NCBI GenBank assembly: GCA_964255285.1
Contig: CAXUUL010000073.1
Coordinates: 1-37,423, forward strand
Source of the DNA: Ionaspis alba
Taxonomy: Eukaryota
DNA: 37,423 nucleotides
Direction: 5' to 3'
Positions 34,121-37,423 of this stretch are shown here, piece by piece. The notes under the pieces were generated by a model, which saw only the letters and a program-made list of their open reading frames with translations, was not told where the DNA came from and made no database searches. Every line of letters begins with the position of its first letter. The stretch's first letter is position 1. The position numbers and the translations under genes were made by a program.

Positions 34121-34921
34121 TCATACCTCAACAGTCTTCTCCCCGTCAAAACCTTCAGCCTGGGCAAAGTAATATCCCCTCTGGTTTGCAAGCAGCCTCA
34201 ACGGTCCAGCACCACCCTCCCGATCAACCGTAAAATCGCAGTTGTAATGTGTATGCCCAAATGCCCAAACTTTGACTTTGTCGCTCTTGAAACATCCCTC
34301 ACTGGACAACTCCGTTGAGAAAGCGCTCGAGATGGGACTCCCAGCATGCTTCGGCTCGATCGAACGTACATCCAGCGATGGGCTCCAATGCGAAAAGATC
34401 ATGATCTTGACGTCAGACTGTTCTAGGTCTGCGACCTGCTCATTGAGCCAGGCAAGATCCCTCTTATGCGCCTCGTTGTGCATGCCGACATCCCAGTCAC
34501 TGGTCTGAAAAAAGTCGTTGAGCCCGAAGCTGACGGCCTCTTGACTTTCGGGCGGGATGAAAGAAAAGAGGCTGCAGCCCAGGATGGCAACGTTTGTGCC
34601 AGGCAGCCGGAATGCTGCACGGTCGAGCAGGACGAACTCTCCCAGCGACTTGTTCTTACGGACGTCCTGTCCGAAGGCACGAAGGATATCGAGAGTGTCA
34701 GACCAGTTGGAATGATACGCCTCATGATTGCCAGGGACGAAGAGCACAGCGCGGAACTGCTTGAGCTGTAGTGTCAGGAAGGCAAGGCAGTCGTCCTTAT
34801 GCGATGCAATGTTGCCCACGTCACCAAGTAGCGCTAGGTAGGGTGCCTTTGGGACGATCTCGAAGACATCGTAGGCTTTTGGTGCTTCCAAATGTAGATC
34901 GGAGAGAACCTGGACCGCCAT
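34121..34921 (-). CDS. Calcineurin-like metallophosphoesterase (266 aa, intronless)
   Basis: All five metallophosphoesterase motifs are present: SDLHLE, LLGDVG, PGNHEAY, FSHWSP, FGHTH. ATG at 34921. Confidence 0.92.
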   Translation of the reverse strand: MAVQVLSDLHLEAPKAYDVFEIVPKAPYLALLGDVGNIASHKDDCLAFLTLQLKQFRAVLFVPGNHEAYHSNWSDTLDILRAFGQDVRKNKSLGEFVLLDRAAFRLPGTNVAILGCSLFSFIPPESQEAVSFGLNDFFQTSDWDVGMHNEAHKRDLAWLNEQVADLEQSDVKIMIFSHWSPSLDVRSIEPKHAGSPISSAFSTELSSEGCFKSDKVKVWAFGHTHYNCDFTVDREGGAGPLRLLANQRGYYFAQAEGFDGEKTVEV

Positions 34922-35468
34922 AGTAAGGAAAGATGGTGATGGAGGGATGGGAAAGCGTTCTACGAGATGTGAATATGCCAAAGTCGCATAAGTATTATCT
35001 TAGGTTGGGATAAAGTTTTCAGAATGGAGCACTCCGATCCTTGAATAATTTACGATTTAGATACAGATCTGCAAATGAATGTGGAAATCTAATTTGAATT
35101 ACAATTTTCTATATTTTTGTTATGTGTAGGATTGTGCGGAAAGCACGGTCGATAGATTTTGCGGTGCAGCGAAAATTGCAACAGTGTGTCATCCATGTTT
35201 TCAACCTGCATTAGCAGAGCCGAGAATGGGTCTCTTTACTGCTCGCTTGGGCGTTCTCAAGCGTGCCTCTGTCTCTTTAGCCTCACTCAGGTCAAAGCAG
35301 CAGCAGTTCAGGTCGGCGATCGTTATTGGAAGCGGAGAGAGAAAATTCTCGTGTCTGTCTATCGAGGTCATCAAAAATAGAAAGGTAGTAATCTTGTCTG
35401 AACTCAGTCTATTGAGTATTCGGACATAAGATCCAATCACTAAATGGCTCCTCGACAGCAAGATCTCC

Positions 35469-37270
35469 CTATGCCGCCACAAAGGCACCGGGATCAAATT
35501 CAGTCTCGCCCAGCTCACTGGTATGTCTCGTCCTCTCGGTCCTCCCATCCTGACCTCGGGCAGCACCTTTGGCATCATTGTCTCCTGTTCCGCTCGGGGC
35601 CCCGAAAGCAGTGGTCCAACGGGCCAGGAGCATATCAGTTGGATCAATTGGAATCCCGCTCGGCGTGTCCATCGCCATACGACGTGGTTCGTAAGCACCA
35701 AGATCGATGGGTCGAGCGGTCTGGGCGTGGCTTGAATTGCTATAGTATTCCATCTGTCCAATTAGATGAGAGTCAGGAAGCTCATCATAGTCCTCCCGAG
35801 AGAGCATGTTGTCATCAGATAAATCAGATGCGGGAAAATATGTGACTTCGTGCGGAAATCTTGAAGCAGTTTGTCGCGCTGGTGGCTCAGGCTTGGCTGA
35901 AGTCTGCCCCTTTGTCGGGGTAGACCTAAGACTCATTCTTTCTTTGTGAGGCCGTGCAACGAGCGAGCGTTTGAGCAGGAACAGCAGCAAAGTCCTAGCA
36001 TGTCTCTCGTCATCGGCTATTGCCGGTGGCAGCGAGTCGCCTTGGTATCCAGGGCGTAAGGCCATGATTTTGAAATCCGCTCCGTCTTCTCTCATACGAT
36101 CTCGAATTGAGCTGACGAGTTCTCTCTCGTCGACGGTCAATGTTGAAACGGCCTCCTCAAGAGAATGAGGGGGAGCCGATATGTGCATGATTTCTTGCTC
36201 TATGAGTTGAGGGCTCAAGTGTAATGGGAATACACGGGGGACTGCGAGGAGGTATGCTTCAAGAGGAAGAATGTGTTGTTTGGGTTGGTCCTTTGGCTTT
36301 TGACTAGTGATTCTCTTCCACCAGAGTTTCTTTGGAGCTTCTGTAGGTGGTCTCAAATTTGTCAGTTCCATAATTGGATTTCTATGGAAGATGTTAGAGC
36401 TGGCCAGGGTGCTGCATCACGATTGGTGATGTATACCTCGAGACTGGTAAATGATAGGCTTTGGCAGCTCCCGATTTGTTTCCACCGACCAAATCTCGTG
36501 AATTTGAGGATGAATCCTCAATGGTTCGAGAGGTTAAAAACTTTGGAGACGACCGACCTGGTTTAGACTCCCCATAGGCTAACTCATCTTCTGATGATGA
36601 CAGCTGAGGCTTTCTAGGGGACAATGTTCTCTTAGTTGCCAGCACCCGGACAACTTTCCTGATCTCGCGTTCTGGCAGAGATGTTGTGGGAGAGTCCCTA
36701 GAGGAGTGACTTGGTCAGCTTGGATCAATTATGGAATCTATGTCCATGAAGCAGCATTGTAGAGGGGAGGCTCTACCGTCTCCGGAGATAGGCTAGGTTT
36801 GCAACTTGAAGCAATAGAAATAAAGTTGTCTTGCGAGACTCAAGATTGAGTTGGAATCTCCTAATCTTCTGAGAGAGCAGTGGCCATTTGATATGGTCTA
36901 AATTGGATAAAGCCAAGATCTCTGCTCTGTCATCCCGGGAAGGTCCATTGACAGGCTTCCCGGCCTTATTCAAGGTCCTTACGATCTGGAGAAAAACTTT
37001 ATAGCACTGCTCGCGTTCATTTTCGATATCTCGCACTCCTCGCGGGCTCAAGATGGCATTGCTTGGATCAGCTTTGTCCTGGTCAACGATCTGTTGGAGC
37101 TGTTCCAGAGCCGAGGCCACAGAATTGACTTCGCTCGATATTTGGCGTACTCGCTCGTCGGCATTAGCAACTGTCTCCACATACGTAGCTAGACTCAAGC
37201 CGAGTTTGATGCCAAAGTCTATGACGGCAACTGCAGATCCAGCGACTCCAAGCGCAGAGGCCGGATCCAT
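35469..37270 (-). CDS. Protein with HeLo-like (fungal STAND N-terminal-type) domain and no NTPase, ~555 aa. Exons 37270-36777, ~36697-36437, 36381-35469
   Basis: MDPASALGVAGSAVAVIDFGIKLGLSLATYVETVANADERVRQISSEVNSVASALEQL...IKWPLLSQKI..LESRKTTLFLLLQV. Two GT-AG introns with CTGAC/CTAAC branches join three ORF-track fragments in frame. No Walker A/B motif. Confidence 0.75.
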
Positions 37271-37423
37271 CCCCGTGATCAGCTCCAAGGGAGTCCGTGT
37301 CGATTAAACGATACATTCGCAGCATTGGAATCATGGACCATGTTGACATGTATCATGACGGGTCAAGGCGCGCGCGGTCTTCTTTGTATGGTCTTGTCAA
37401 CGAGGCTGAGTCTCGAGGTTACG

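Noticed and set aside
35469..35700. Amyloid signalling motif at the C-terminus of the HeLo-like protein (or the NLR N-terminus)
   Set aside because: No HET-s-like pseudo-repeat, PP/RHIM-like or sigma pattern is visible, and the NLR begins directly with its HeLo-like domain.
1..37423. CRISPR arrays, rRNA, tRNA, intact transposase/reverse transcriptase or Starship captain recombinase
   Set aside because: None recognised anywhere in the window by eye; a tRNAscan/Infernal run would be needed to exclude small RNAs.

Overview
Eukaryotic DNA from a filamentous ascomycete (Pezizomycotina-type gene content, short GT-AG introns with CTRAC/CTRAT branch sites). The six-frame ORF track is mostly exon fragments, so I rebuilt the spliced models by hand. 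The left ~21 kb is dense housekeeping sequence: two tandem paralogues of a small Tyr/Asn/Ser/Gly-rich protein, AOS1, a conserved hypothetical, an RFX transcription factor, YOP1, ATG101, PEX3, SARAF, PBN1/PIG-X, NDUFA12 and a CYP52-clan P450. The right ~15 kb looks accessory, apart from PGS1. It holds a HeLo-like/NB-ARC/TPR fungal NLR and a head-to-head pair of small nucleotidyltransferase-fold genes. One of the pair carries AbiEii/MenT-like motifs. The other is catalytically degenerate, and both have a phase-0 intron at the same aligned position. The region also holds a decayed segment (palindromes, a transition-riddled direct repeat, a pseudogene), an intronless calcineurin-like metallophosphoesterase and a second HeLo-like-domain gene without a NOD. 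The best candidate for an undescribed system is the NTase pair together with this immune-like neighbourhood. All family calls come from motif recognition by eye, and no database searches were run.
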